Origin: Iphione sp. A-MEVVRFRX5
Taxonomy: Eukaryota
DNA: 64,000 nucleotides
Reading direction: 5' to 3'
Assembly (NCBI GenBank): GCA_976226885.1
Contig: OZ320319.1
Location: 27,094,001 to 27,158,000, forward strand
Made by a program: the position numbers and the translations under genes. Within the stretch, counting starts at the first letter, position 1, and every line of letters starts with the position of its first letter. Of this stretch, positions 8,968 to 21,400 are shown piece after piece. Under the pieces are notes generated by a model that did not search any database, was not told the origin of the DNA, and saw nothing but the letters and a program-made list of their open reading frames with translations.

Positions 8968-9842
8968 TGTAGGGTATGGGAGGCGGTGCTGCTAAGCCTC
9001 CCATACAGGGTTGAGATCGTTGGCGGTGCCACCAACCTTTTAGTATGGGAGTGTGCCTCCTGGGCCACAGGATTGGTGGTGCCGCCAAGGTTTATGCACT
9101 GTGCTGTACTTGATGAACTCTGGGTGTGCTATTTACAGCCTGTAAGTAGGGCATGAGTGCTATTTATAGCTGGTAGGCAGGGATCGCTGGCGGTGACGCC
9201 AACCTTTTAGTATAGGAGTGTGCCTCCTGGGCCACAGGGTTGGCGGTGTCGCCAAGGTTTATGCACTGTGCTGTACTTGATGAACTCTGGGTGTGCTATT
9301 TATAGCCTGTAAGTAGGGCATGAGTGCTATTTATAGCTGGTAGGCAGGGATCGCTGGCGGTGACGCCAACCTTTTAGTATAGGAGTGCGCCTCCTGGGCC
9401 ACAGGGTTGGCGGTGTCGCCAAGGTTTATGCACTGTGCTGTACTTGATGAACTCTGGGTGTGCTATTTATAGCCTGTATGTAGGTCACATGTAGCAAAGG
9501 GGTTCCAAAAAAAATTACTGTGTTGCATGTTGGAGATGATCATGTGACTGACTGCTGCCTATATATAAGGGGCCCTGTGTGGCCAATAAACCAGTCTGCA
9601 CTTGGATTACGTTGTGGCTGTTGTCTCTTCAGGGAATGCTAGGAACACATACCCACTTGGATTTACCTTAGGGTTAGCCTATTGGAGTAGCGTATTGGAT
9701 TAACACATGAGGATTACTCAGCCAGGGAATTAACTACCATAGGAGGATTTACCAAGTGGAAATAACAACACACATACGACACTTGGGGATATTACTTTAT
9801 TCCAAGGAGTAACTCAAAGGAGATATAAATACGCAAATTACA
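8968..9842 (+). repeat. 3' LTR (875 bp), with about 2.8 units of the 167-bp repeat (9018-9478)
   Basis: Repeat anchor at 9032, 9199 and 9366. 9121-9842 matches 2521-3242 apart from one base. Confidence 0.96.
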
Positions 9843-9863
9843 ATATTGATATATTTTGCCTAA

Positions 9864-10160
9864 GGCTATGTTCATATGCATCCTGACAAAAAATTTGTCC
9901 CTGTATGTGGACACGGAGTAAACCCCCTGCAGAGATGGTTGTTAATAGCTTTTATGATGTATTTTACTATAGGCTCCTATGGAATGCTCATCCGGATGCA
10001 GAGAAAATCCATCCACGACGTTTCGACATCCGCGTCCACATACAGACATGGAAAAATCAGCCTATATGTAAATATGTACATCAGTAAGACAGGGCTGGTA
10101 GAGAATCTGCACCCGTGTCCAGACTCAGAACTTCAAAATCGGTATGCAGGTGAACACAGC
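9864..10160. mobile_element. PIF/Harbinger-like MITE (degenerate)
   Basis: TAA|GGCTATGTTCATATGCATCC ... GGTATGCAGGTGAACACAGC imperfect TIRs. The interior resembles the reverse complement of 14520-14587. Confidence 0.55.
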
Positions 10161-12355
10161 TATCAGCTACTTGACTACTAGTATCAGCTACTTGACCAAA
10201 GATAATACGGTGACAGTGAAGCAGAAATCTGAAATTTTTATTTCGTATCAAAAATTACAATTTATCAATGAAAAAACGTGTAAAACAATCTCAGATATTC
10301 CAGTACAATATAACTAATCAAAAATCCTTTTCTGTTGATGGGGAAGTGATCAAAGCCTGTTCGTACATTTGACAATGTACAAATACTACTCTGTGAGAGG
10401 GATTGTGAATAGGTATATACATATGACCATACATTTACATAACTACATAAAAACAATGTGACGGTCATGATTCTAATACAGTCATGTGCAAGGGTGCCAC
10501 TCAAATGTCATCTGAGGGGATTGGTTACACGAGTCATGTGACAAAATATCATAATGTCATTGGTTATGGAATGTTTTCATTGACAGATATCATGACAGTA
10601 AAACATGTTGTCCTATCATGTGGCGATGTGTCAATTGACCCTTTGCTTTCTTACTTTAGTAGCAAAACTATGACATTGAATTAACAAGACATTCACTATT
10701 AAAACACTATATTTTGAGATACTTAGATGTCTATTTTCTGCTTATCATGATAAAATGATCAAAAAAACATCATCACTGAGGTTTCAAAATTGTGTTAAAG
10801 AATATAGAAGAAATGTCATAGTTTTTACATTTTCTGTTAACATATACCAAAACTAATGATATCCGATGGGTCTATTCCTGCGTTGCATACCTGCTGTCCT
10901 TCATCTATCAGGTCTAACTCATACACAATTTCGGCTTATTGACTCAATGTTATCATACATTTTGGTCAAATTGTTATTCTATTTGCCTGTTCAGTATTCA
11001 TACAAGTGCGATATACACTTGGTATGCATGACTTCCTGTTGCACCTAAACCTTATGTACAATTGTGACTTTTTTATTGAAAAGTCTACATACTTGATAAT
11101 AGATTTTATTGTATATATCAGAATTATGATAAAGAAATAGGTGAGATTAGTTTAAGATCAAGTAAGTTATATTCTCAAAAGAATGTAAGGTAACTCCCCT
11201 GTTATCCCTGATTTGTCACTTCTATAGTATCTTTGAAAAAAAAACCAACTTTAGAGAGGATTTAAATTTTCTTTGTGAATATTTTTCTTTCTTAATTGCT
11301 TGATAAATGAAGTAGAGATAAAAGATTTAATTTTCATAGGTTAAATACACATAAAATCAGCGTTGAAAATACTTTGCTTGACCTAGAAACAGAAGTGTTG
11401 CATATTATGTACTGCATGCTGGGCTACTACTGGTTTGGTATTTGTGTCTGTGTTTTGGTAGGTTTGGATTGGCAGGTTTTTGGATTGGGACAGTTTTCAA
11501 TTCCCACTCTCAATTATTTGTGTTTTTCGCATGTTTGCTGGGAAATTTGGTTAATACAAGGGTTGATACAAGGTTTCATGTTAGTTCCTTTGGTATTTCA
11601 GTGATTTGTGCTCCATGATGTTAAATCATGCTACATAGATAAACGGGCATGTGGAAATTAAGCATTACGCTGGGATTTCAGGTGTGTATATCTGGTGGGT
11701 GTAATTTTGCTGTATCAATAATGGGATCCACATTTTCCTTGGGACATCATTCAAAGAAATACAAAATCTGGTGTCAGAGCAACAACACGGAATTACATGC
11801 ACATAGAATCCGAATCTTAGGCTTGTTACATATATAATAATATTTCTATGTGTTATAGCGATCACATACCTCCAGTGCATAAGATGACATTTTATAGACG
11901 GGGAACAGCATGGGATCAATAGACACAGAGAAACGGTTGGCCTCAATGGCAAACCACAGGAAATTCCCTTGACCTATCAGCCATGTTGTGATATCATATT
12001 TAGGTCTACTTTCCTCCGGACTTTGCAAGCACAGTCATCCATACCATACCGTAGAATTCAAATTAAATATATATTTAGCTTTCGTTTGAAGGTGTGAACT
12101 AAAGCCACATTTCCACATTGTTTATATTAACCACCAAACATTAATATGTGCACACATATACATACAAGGACATCGGCACCATCTTTCACCTACACGTACA
12201 GCATAGGCTATATATTTGGATTATGTAATCTAAAGATTTATATAGTTTATATCCCTATTATGTGAAAAGCATTGAAATAGTATGGTGGAATAGCATATAA
12301 TACATGCAGAGCACACATATACGAGCACATAGGAGGCCGAGTGCTGTACAATATA

Positions 12356-12870
12356 CAGAGGAACCTCGCTTACCGGAGCCCCAACAATCAGATTTTCACA
12401 TTAACTGCAACAAATTTAAATTACCAAGTGTTTTTTCTGTATAAAATGTACTATTTAACTGGATATTTGTTTTTCATAACCGGAGTGTATTTAACTACAT
12501 TCTTATATGCTTTACTATAGGAAAAAGACATACTAACCGGAATAGGAGCAAGATGATTACATAAGAGTGACAAGCAGACCAGACCCTCCTAAAAGAAGAG
12601 ACAACATAGCTCAGGGCGACTAGCATAGGTTCAAAGTCAAATACAGATGTGCGAGATGATTGCATAAGAGCAACAAGCAGGCCAGACCCTCCTAAAGCAA
12701 GACACAACATAGCACAGAGAACAAAGAAATGATACATTCTCCCTGAAATTTGCTGTTTTTTGTCACTTTCTCCTTGAAATTTACTGTTTTTTGGCACTTT
12801 CTCCATGGAATTTGCCTCAATCTCCATGAATTGGGCCATTTTTCCCTGCCAGGAGATGCATGAGTCGCTT
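12356..12870. mobile_element. Tc1/mariner(pogo)-like non-autonomous repeat; related copy at about 26565-27000; right end uncertain
   Basis: TA|CAGAGGAACCTCGCTTACCGGAG vs CAGTTGAACCTCGCCTACCGGAG. Both copies share a downstream block (ccagaccctcctaaaagaagagacaacatagc vs ccaggacctcctaaaagtagaaacaacacagc). Confidence 0.5.
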
Positions 12871-13319
12871 TTTCGCATTATGGATTATTCGCCATCTGTA
12901 CAAAATATTGATTTCCCTTGGTGCTCCAGAAAGCAAGGTTTGACTGTACCTATGTAAGAATTCCGCCCTATAATGCCAATCCTTTGTACACGCTTTTTGT
13001 GATGAAAATCACATTTGATCCTCTTTACACAAGTATTGTTACAAATACTGTGTGGTTATATGTGTGCATGTGCAGTAATAACTTTAGAAAGATAAAGACT
13101 ACGGAATAAATGTTCATGCACGTTAACATCAACACACAAATATGCACACAAACCTAACCTCAGAAACACATATACCTGCTTATGGCAGCACAGAAATATA
13201 CATAAACACAAACACCCACAAAATACAACCGCCGATACCTAACCACTTGAAGGCAGACACAAACAGCAACAAAAAACATATACGAGGACTCACACACAAA
13301 AATACAAACACGCAAATGC

Positions 13320-13570
13320 ACCGATCGCCACCAGTCTTTCCAGAACCTTTGGGAACGGTGGCGTCAAGGGCAGAGGGATCGGGGAGAGAGGACCGGCGCC
13401 CGTCCAGACGTCCTGACCGGCCCCTCCAGGGCTGTGATGGCTGGGCGGCTGACCCCGAGCACCCTGGAGTATACACGGGGCGTGCGTGGAGGCGACCGCT
13501 GGCTCCACTCATCCACAACATCCGTCTGACGGACCGCCCGAACGCCGCCGGCACACCGACGTCACAAAAT
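13320..13570. promoter_or_regulatory. GC/CpG-rich non-coding island, candidate enhancer
   Basis: Abrupt GC-rich block in AT-rich context, no convincing ORF. Contains GGCGCC next to CAGAC, and GGCGTCAAG. Confidence 0.35.
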
Positions 13571-14305
13571 CATACAACCCCCAAGGGAAAGTTTAGGTGG
13601 GAGGGAGGGGGGAGGCGGGGGCAGCGGGAGATAGCATTAAAAGAAGGTGGGAGGGGGCAGAGGATGTTAGAGAAGTGAAGAAAGATGGGTTGAGAGAGGA
13701 CGGAGGAAAGAGACAGAGAAAGAGAAGGAAAACGATCATACTCAAGGGACGAAGGCAGACAGATGCAGGTCTACCACAGAACAAAACCACTTATGCCATA
13801 AGGCGGGGTTTACATGTACCTGATGCAATGTCCATGAACTGAATATCTAGGAATTAGGAAGTCACTCCTTCTTCATCGGTTTTCGTCTGCCCGAGGGCAG
13901 CCAAAGGTGCCCTGTTCTCTGGAACTAACTTATGCCCATATGTGTGTGAACAGAACACTAAGGCAATGTTCAAATGCATCTGTATATTTTCGAAACGGAT
14001 AAGGATCTGTGGACGGATTTCATCCACCCATAGGATTATTACTAAAGTATTTACATGCATCCGTTTCAAAATGGCTCTGGCTCTGTATCCGTTTTCAAAT
14101 CCGTCAGTGACGATTTTTTATAGGTACCCATTTCTTTCCCACAGGAAACAATAGTGTAGAGACATCTTGTATCAGCAGGAGGTAGCATGCATGAATATGG
14201 ACCCGTAAAAGTTTATTTCCTATGGATGCTACTGAACACGGCCCTATGGGGGGCATGAGCGGGACAGTGATCAGTCATAGATGGGTTTCCCACAAATGGA
14301 TGTAA

Positions 14306-14587
14306 GGCGGTGTTCACATACAGCCGTATTTTTCTGTTCTGCATACACACACGAGGTCGGATATTTAACCAGCCTGGTCTTATCATAATACCCATTCACA
14401 GCCGTGTGCATATGTCAAACTGTCTAGGATGGGTTTTGTCCACATCTGGACACGGATTCCCATAGAATGCAATGTTAAAGACACACGCTACCCATATGAA
14501 ACCGATTTACAGCCTCCTCTGCAGGGGTTTTTGTCTGCATCTGTGTATGGGTGTGGATTTGCTGTCAGGCTGCATGTGAACAGCCCC
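14306..14587. mobile_element. PIF/Harbinger-like MITE (282 bp)
   Basis: TIRs GGCGGTGTTCACATACAGCC / GGCTGCATGTGAACAGCCCC, with TAA on both sides (14303-14305, 14588-14590). Confidence 0.8.
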
Positions 14588-16284
14588 TAAGAATACAGTA
14601 GATTTAAACAATGTCTAGAAAAATTATAGAACACACCAACACAACACCGGAGTATGATTCTTAGTAGGCTTTAATGAAATTCCCAACGTTTCGGCTAGTG
14701 TGCCTTCTTCAGATTTAAACAATGGCAAATTCAGCCTGGCATCTCAAGTCATTAAAGTCAGGCAGCCTCGTCCAAATACATCGCACAGTAACAAATCAGG
14801 CCTAATGAAAAAAAAAAACATTTTTGGTAACCTGACCGACCTCCTTTTGGTCCCAGTGAAAGATTTACTATTGCGTATCTTTAGAATGAATAATGATAAA
14901 ACTCAACACAGTGTTTTGTTCCTTAGACCATTGGCTTCCATACAATATATGTTTGATTAAAATGTAAGCAGGAAAGCGGTATTGCCATATACATTGGTAT
15001 GTTCACTATCCATTTACAATGAGAAAAAAAAGGAAAATTAAAAAAGCACCACCGTACTGACCCTTAATTTTATCAACATGTTCCAGGAAACACAGGTATT
15101 TTTTCCTGGGGGGGCATGAAGCATGAATATTGGTGCATAGAAACTCCACCTAAACCAAATGGCTCCATCGCCAATTCACATTAATGATCAACTTATGCCA
15201 TAACTGATTTGACTGTTGGTTGATTCATCCGTTCTCTGCCTCCCCTTGTGGAACTAATGGATTATGGGTCTCCATCTCTGTGTCCGATATGATGTAAATT
15301 AGGGGCATTTGGGGCTTTGAAAATTGACTCGCTTTGAGTTATACTGCATACTTTGCAGTTATTTGTAAAAATTGTTTTTCATTCAAATTTGTACAGTATG
15401 TAGGGTGCACATCGTACATGTTTGTTGAGCAAGGCGCATGAGCTTAAGCATAATATTCTTGCCCACACCACCCACCATACGCTCACATCAATATTGAGAG
15501 AAAGCAACCTTGAAATAACTGTTCATAATGGAGTGGGATATATTAAGATGTTGTGGTTTATTTTGAATTAAGAAAAAATCTGTGACAAAGGAGGAAAGCG
15601 TGGTGAAGCCTATTAGAAGGTGTTTTACTCAGTCTCAACTGAATGTCCTTATACATTTATGGCCTGAAGTAACTTACAGATGACAGATTCGTAAAGGCGA
15701 GTACCCCACTGTAAGATAAACTAAATTCATATAATTTTATATAATGAATGTTTTAATGAATGCTGGCGTGTGTGAAAAATGGTTGCATGCTCCACTCCTT
15801 GTACGTTCCTAAAGCGTTCACCGTCATCAAACAGCTCTTCTGATTGCATTTCCGCACGTAGAATATTGCTATTGTTGACGGAGCTTTCCATCGCTTCGCA
15901 TAGCCTAAGAAATAGCGCCTTTGCACCACCAACAAATACAAGATTATGTATAGAATTACCAGTGAATAAAAAGATTAAATTATGATGATTAATTACGGTG
16001 TCATTGTCAGGATTAGAGGGAAGCACTGTCACTGAGACTAATCTCAAATCTACAAGACAGTGTATAGTTCCCATATGTTTCAGACGTTACGTTCAAAGTG
16101 GCCTTTCTAGAGAGGAATAAGTTCTCTTCACTTGTAGACAACGTGAAACTGAGCAACTGAGCACCTTTACATCAGGGCTAACTGCCAGCTGACTTCATAA
16201 AATGATGGCAGGACAGGCTTCCCTCTCTCTGCATGATCGAACAAAGTTACATGTATTTTAATATCGAAGGTTTCCTTTTCACAG

Positions 16285-16404
16285 TACTACCAGACATGGC
16301 ATTTGTTGACAGTCGTTGCTATTGGAAGCTAAACATCAAAGAAGTAGCTGAGTATACCCCCTATGTATCTATCACTCGATCCTTTCGGGAGCTTGTAGAA
16401 ATAT
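16285..16404 (+). CDS. Candidate isolated 120-nt coding exon (xLPDMAFVDSRCYWKLNIKEVAEYTPYVSITRSFRELVEI), gene unknown
   Basis: tttccttttcacAG acceptor, open frame, GTAAGG donor, phase 1-1. Partner exons not established. Confidence 0.35.
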
Positions 16405-17539
16405 GTAAGGTTGTGATGCCCATATATAGACTAATTCTCATGTAAATGTACATGTAATGTAAATGCATGCATATTCCTTGTCTATACTTTTCGGCATAAT
16501 TTCATGTGTTCATGTGTAGTGTGTTTACAAGTCCACAATGCCATAAAACGTTGATGCTGTGTTTTTCATGTGCATATCAATTAAAAGTAATGGAAAAACA
16601 TAGATCCTTGTTTCAATCAAATGGATCTTTGAAAGCACACATTTATAAAACATACATACACTACCATGAAAAGTGAGACTTGTCTGAATCTGAAAACAGG
16701 CTACACGGAATGTGCTTCTTGTGCACAAGGAGACACTCCTGGTATTAACCATATTAAAAAAAATATGTCCCAAAACTATCACTATCACACTATCAGGTTT
16801 GTAAAAATAGGTGTTGAAGGAAGTAAAGCCTAAGGCCCAGTTGCCGTATGTGCATGTACATGTATGCATGTGTGTGTGTTACATGTGCATTGCCTTCTAT
16901 GGAGGACTGTCCCGGACCCTCACAAACAGGAATGTCTTTTATGCTTGTTTTGGGATATGTTGCATGACTGCTTAAGGTAAGAATGTATGTGGACATATAT
17001 ATGCTAGATAATGCGAAAAGGCTACAAATCTTTAAAGTTGAAGTCCTAAAATGGCAAACTTGTTGGTGTAAATGGTGTAATTTGAAAAATCAAGCTGATT
17101 TCACATATACTTATGAATATAGTCCTTACATACAAAGGTACCTGGTCCTAATATGACATCTACAGGGACTGTTTTTTTTTCGGGAAGGGAAAGATGCATA
17201 CACCAATGTATGCACACACTGGACTCATGGAAATACATGTGGTCAAGTATCACTGAAAATCCCAGTATGCATGCACCCTGCTCACTCCCATGCTCTCTGT
17301 ATTCATGGAAACATGGCTTCAGGCATCCGTGCGATGATGATAAATATACAGACCATGTACCCAACCTTTTAAAGCATAGCATTTGTTATCAAATGATAGT
17401 GCAGATGACTTCGGAGATACCGTCATATCACTAGAATTACTAATGACTGATTAAATGTACTCACAGTGTTACTACCGGATCCATCAGGAAAAATAAATTT
17501 CATAGTTAGTGGTCAGGGGAAGCGTATAAACGTAAGGAT

Positions 17540-17770
17540 AGTCAACCAATCAGCGGCGGTAAAGCAGCAGGAGGAATGCTGGAATGTTTCATAGAAGCAA
17601 CATCTTCAATCTGGTGCACGAAGACAAGTTGCATACTGACCGGAAGTGGCCACTGCGTCGTGATACCCGATACAACGATGAGGGCGTTCGCCGTAGAATG
17701 ACGCCACCGTCTCGGGAAACTCCCCTGTATAAACAGCGCCAAAATGTCAGAAATTCGGCGGCCATTTTCT
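17540..17770. promoter_or_regulatory. Promoter-like CpG island; possible minus-strand first exon 17765-17641
   Basis: CCAAT 17546-17550, CCGGAAGT 17640-17647, and minus-strand AAAATGGCCGCC (YY1-like, with in-context ATG at 17765). Confidence 0.4.
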
Positions 17771-20700
17771 CTCCAACCGTCCAAGGGATTAACTCATCCG
17801 CCGATAAGGAAATACGGTCTACTAAAGTGGCCTTTATGAGCCGCTCTGGTATAAGTTTTCCCGCGCGAGTCCAATGAACTGGAAGTTAGATAAGAGGTCC
17901 ACACTGCCTGTAATACTATATAGTAGGTAAACATGTAGTCATAACACCGAGTAATTAGTAGGGCAAAACAAATGCATCTCTTTGCCTACAGATGTTAACA
18001 AAGACACTTCTCGGTCAATTAGTAGCCCAATTCCCACCGGTGTTAATGGAGTATGTTTTGTCCCTTAGTTGTGTCTATGCATGTTGTTCATCAAGAGAGA
18101 GGGTAGAGATAGAGGATGGGTAGGAGAAGGAAGAGGAGAGAGGTACGTTGGAGAAGAACGCAGAGGGGCTGCCGGCTCCCTTTCATTCGATCCTATGTTT
18201 GAGTGTGATATCCTCATGGCACAGACACAAAGAATATGCGAACCAAATTTGAAGAGCCTAGCTTTATTTCCACCCCACCTTCCTTTACAGGCGGGGGCGG
18301 GGGGGGGACCCAGGCATTCTGGTCATTATGAGGAGTCGAAACTGTCAAACTTCTTAATGTATTAAGGGGAATATAAAGCACATGAAATAAATATGTTCTG
18401 GTCCGCAGTTAGGCATAAAAAAGTGTGTTTCCAGTAACAAGCTAAAAATATAATGAGTCGGTCAGTAGGTGGTATTTTTTTTATTTTTCTTTTTTTCCAA
18501 TGTTAATTACCTCCCAAAGTAACAAATGCATATGGTAAGATAAGTTCTACTGCCTAGATTTTACTGAAATATATATCAAAAGAAAGTTAATAATATGAGC
18601 AACAAACTGGTATATAGTATATGTCTCTATCAGCTTCCATTCCAATCATATCCACAAAACAACAAAAAAAATAGAAATTTCCATTAATTGGTACTAAAAT
18701 CAGAGTCGGTCTGGTAACCGGAAACACAGATATTTTTAGTTTAGGCCTTAGGAGCAGCTTTCCCTAGGTTCTCCATAGACCTGTACCTGATTTTAGGGGA
18801 ACGTCATATTTAGGTTATGTAAGTCCTTGTATAACAAAATGTGTAAAATTGTGTCCAAAATGCACTATTGCTCTATCTGTTAATATGCTGAAACAAATAT
18901 TTTGTATGTGGTATAGAGTGAACCCAGAGTCTGAGGTCATAAAGTCCAGGTCTGCACGCATCTGTTGGACGAAGGCCTAGATATGCACCATTTTATAACA
19001 ATACTTTTTCACCGAAAGAGTCACTTGGCTACCGTTTCAGGGTCCGCAAGTAAACACACCGCTGGAATATGGATGCACTGAATGTTTTCAAATTTCATCC
19101 ATAAAACTGGCATCTGTTATATATACTTGCAGGTGCGTGGATTTGAAGTAAAAATTTGGAGTTTCCTTTATTTGATTCGTCAGCTGAATAATTTCACAAC
19201 ATTGTCTCTTTGCATTCAGTAAACCTCTGTCATATAAATGAAAGATGAGCATCAAGTTTGTGGCGTAGATACATGTTCGTATGCATGCTATAAAATATTC
19301 AAGGAATATTCTGATGTTTTTGCACGAACAGGGGATCAAGCTACCCTGGTATTCTGATTAGGCATTGGTTTTGTTTTCCATTATGTTTGGCGCTCTTCTG
19401 GCTCATGTCACCTGTCTGAAATGGAGAGGAGGCAAGAACCTCATCACAAGAAGAATTTCCTGACAAGAGTTGAGGTGCACAGTACAAAAGAACGATGGCA
19501 TTGTCCGTGTATTTTAAATAACAATATTCTATGATTATCGGAGTGTTCATTTCTGGTTATCCTCTGTTTCTGCATTACGATGTAATAAAGTCATCCATAC
19601 TGTGAAAACAATTTTTCGTTCCAAACCAGTACAAAATGCCAAAATAGTTGAAGAAGTAATGTTACTATTGTAGTGTGTTCATCTAGAATAAAGTTACAGC
19701 CTGAGGAATTCTCTCACACGTCCTTTTTTGTTCAAGAAGGGAGGTTCACACAGGTACCAGGGTCAAGACAAAATACACCTTTTGTTCAGGTTTCCCTGCT
19801 CTTTTATCAAAAAAATACTACCATACTAGTATGTAACATGAACTACCAATCAGGTATGAGCTTTCACGGTTCAAGATGTATTGTATAATGAACTGAAATC
19901 TGGAAGACAGAACCTTTCTCATTTGGCTCCATTAAAAGAGAACCTGAAATGAGAGAATGACCACGGCGGTCAGAACATCTTGAGACAAAAAATAACGATT
20001 GTGACATGATTTAGAGACTCAAATACACTAAGATAAATATCAGTCGGTGAAGTTGCTTTTACTGTAATTTTTCCCTTTTATATCTGTCAGTTCGAATACC
20101 CTTCAGTTAGGGCTGGTTTCCTAACGTGTATGCATGTGCATGCTTCAAATGTGCATTGCATGTTCATCAACTAGAACAACGACACATACACATGATTGGG
20201 GGGGGGGGGTCGACAGTAGCATTTGTGGTCTTTTGTGTTAACTACATGTATTTCTGGTAGTTTAACACCTTTTCCAGCAGATTCCTGCTTCACATTTATT
20301 TCTTTGCCTTTTTTTCCTTTATCTAAACCAATTAGTGCTAAATTTGAAAAGAAATATACCCACTAGCAGGGAATTTGGCAAACAAAAGCCTGCAATGATG
20401 CGCATATAGTTATCTCGGTTAGTCAGCCAGATCCTCTAGCCCAGTTCCTGCTGGTCTCCTATAATGGTCTCTTCATGCATGCCTTAGTCTGCATATTATG
20501 TCAGTGAATCACTTTGTACCTGTTAGTCTCTTTGGTTTTATATATTTCGGTAGCCCCCGCCAAGCTCCACCACCTCTTGGTTCGTAGTTACCGGCAAAGG
20601 AAATCAATGGACAAATTATGTGCGTTAATTTACTAGTCTATAGCTGTCCATGTGCAACTCCGTCCGTCAAGTAGATGTAGCCTTATAATGCTCCTGGGGA

Positions 20701-21049
20701 AAGGCAATCGCCTTTCCTATTGCTTGCAATGTAGATCCGGGGAGTGGACTGAAGGCCCTTTACCCCGTAGAACCATGCCTCCCCCCCAATTCACCTGTTC
20801 TAGTCCCACCCTTCTCCCTATTCCTTCTCAATCCGCGTTTGCTTTGCCAATACATCTTTCTTTTTCTTTCCCCCTACCAGACTCTACCTCGCCTTACACC
20901 TGGGTCTGTCAGCCTGTCATTCAGTCTGTCAGTCCATTAGTGTGCTGTTTAATTTGTTACCAACGCACGACTCTTACTTTCAGTCTCTGTATCCTCCATA
21001 CGGGGCATTCATTCACAATGTATGGATCGAGTTCGCTATCGACTAAACT

Positions 21050-21400
21050 GCCACTAGTTCCGGCCCCACCGCCGCCACCGCTGACCAACTCCTCCAGAGT
21101 GCGCGTTGCACCCTCCTGACGCTCTCCAGCGCCCCCTACCGGGCCAGCGGGCTGTCGGCGTGAGCGATAATAGGGCCACTGTTGTCTGCGGCCGCCGACT
21201 GACTGGCGGCGGCGGTCGCGCCTGCGTCTCCGGGCAAAAACGGATATTTACAAAGCGAGTGACCCCCTAATGTAGGATGCTAACCCTGCTGCCAGGCCTG
21301 AGACATCCCCTCTGGCTCCTGGCGGCCGTCATGGTGGCGCGGGCTGGGCGCCGGGCGCTCCAGCTCACAGATACTCCCATCTCCACCCTTGCCATTCCAT
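21050..21400. promoter_or_regulatory. GC/CpG-rich non-coding island, candidate enhancer
   Basis: GC-rich block with GCGATAA (GATA-like), GTCTG, GCCG runs and ATATTTAC (Fox-like). Confidence 0.35.

Larger units (their letters stand above)
2201..9842 (+). mobile_element. Gypsy/Metaviridae-type LTR retrotransposon, internally deleted (non-autonomous), recently inserted
   Basis: Two direct LTRs, both TGTAGGG...AATTACA, at 2201-3242 and 8968-9842. ATAT flanks both sides (2197-2200, 9843-9846). PBS after the 5' LTR, PPT before the 3' LTR, gag with CCHC knuckle, protease and integrase relics. Confidence 0.96.

Noticed and set aside
8947-9156. Short ORFs over the LTR starts (also 2057-2371, 2101-2301)
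   Set aside because: Chance frames across LTR repeat sequence with no protein features.
16285-16404. Stanniocalcin call
   Set aside because: Only a short CY.KLN resemblance, the following conserved Cys is missing, and no other STC-like exons were found.
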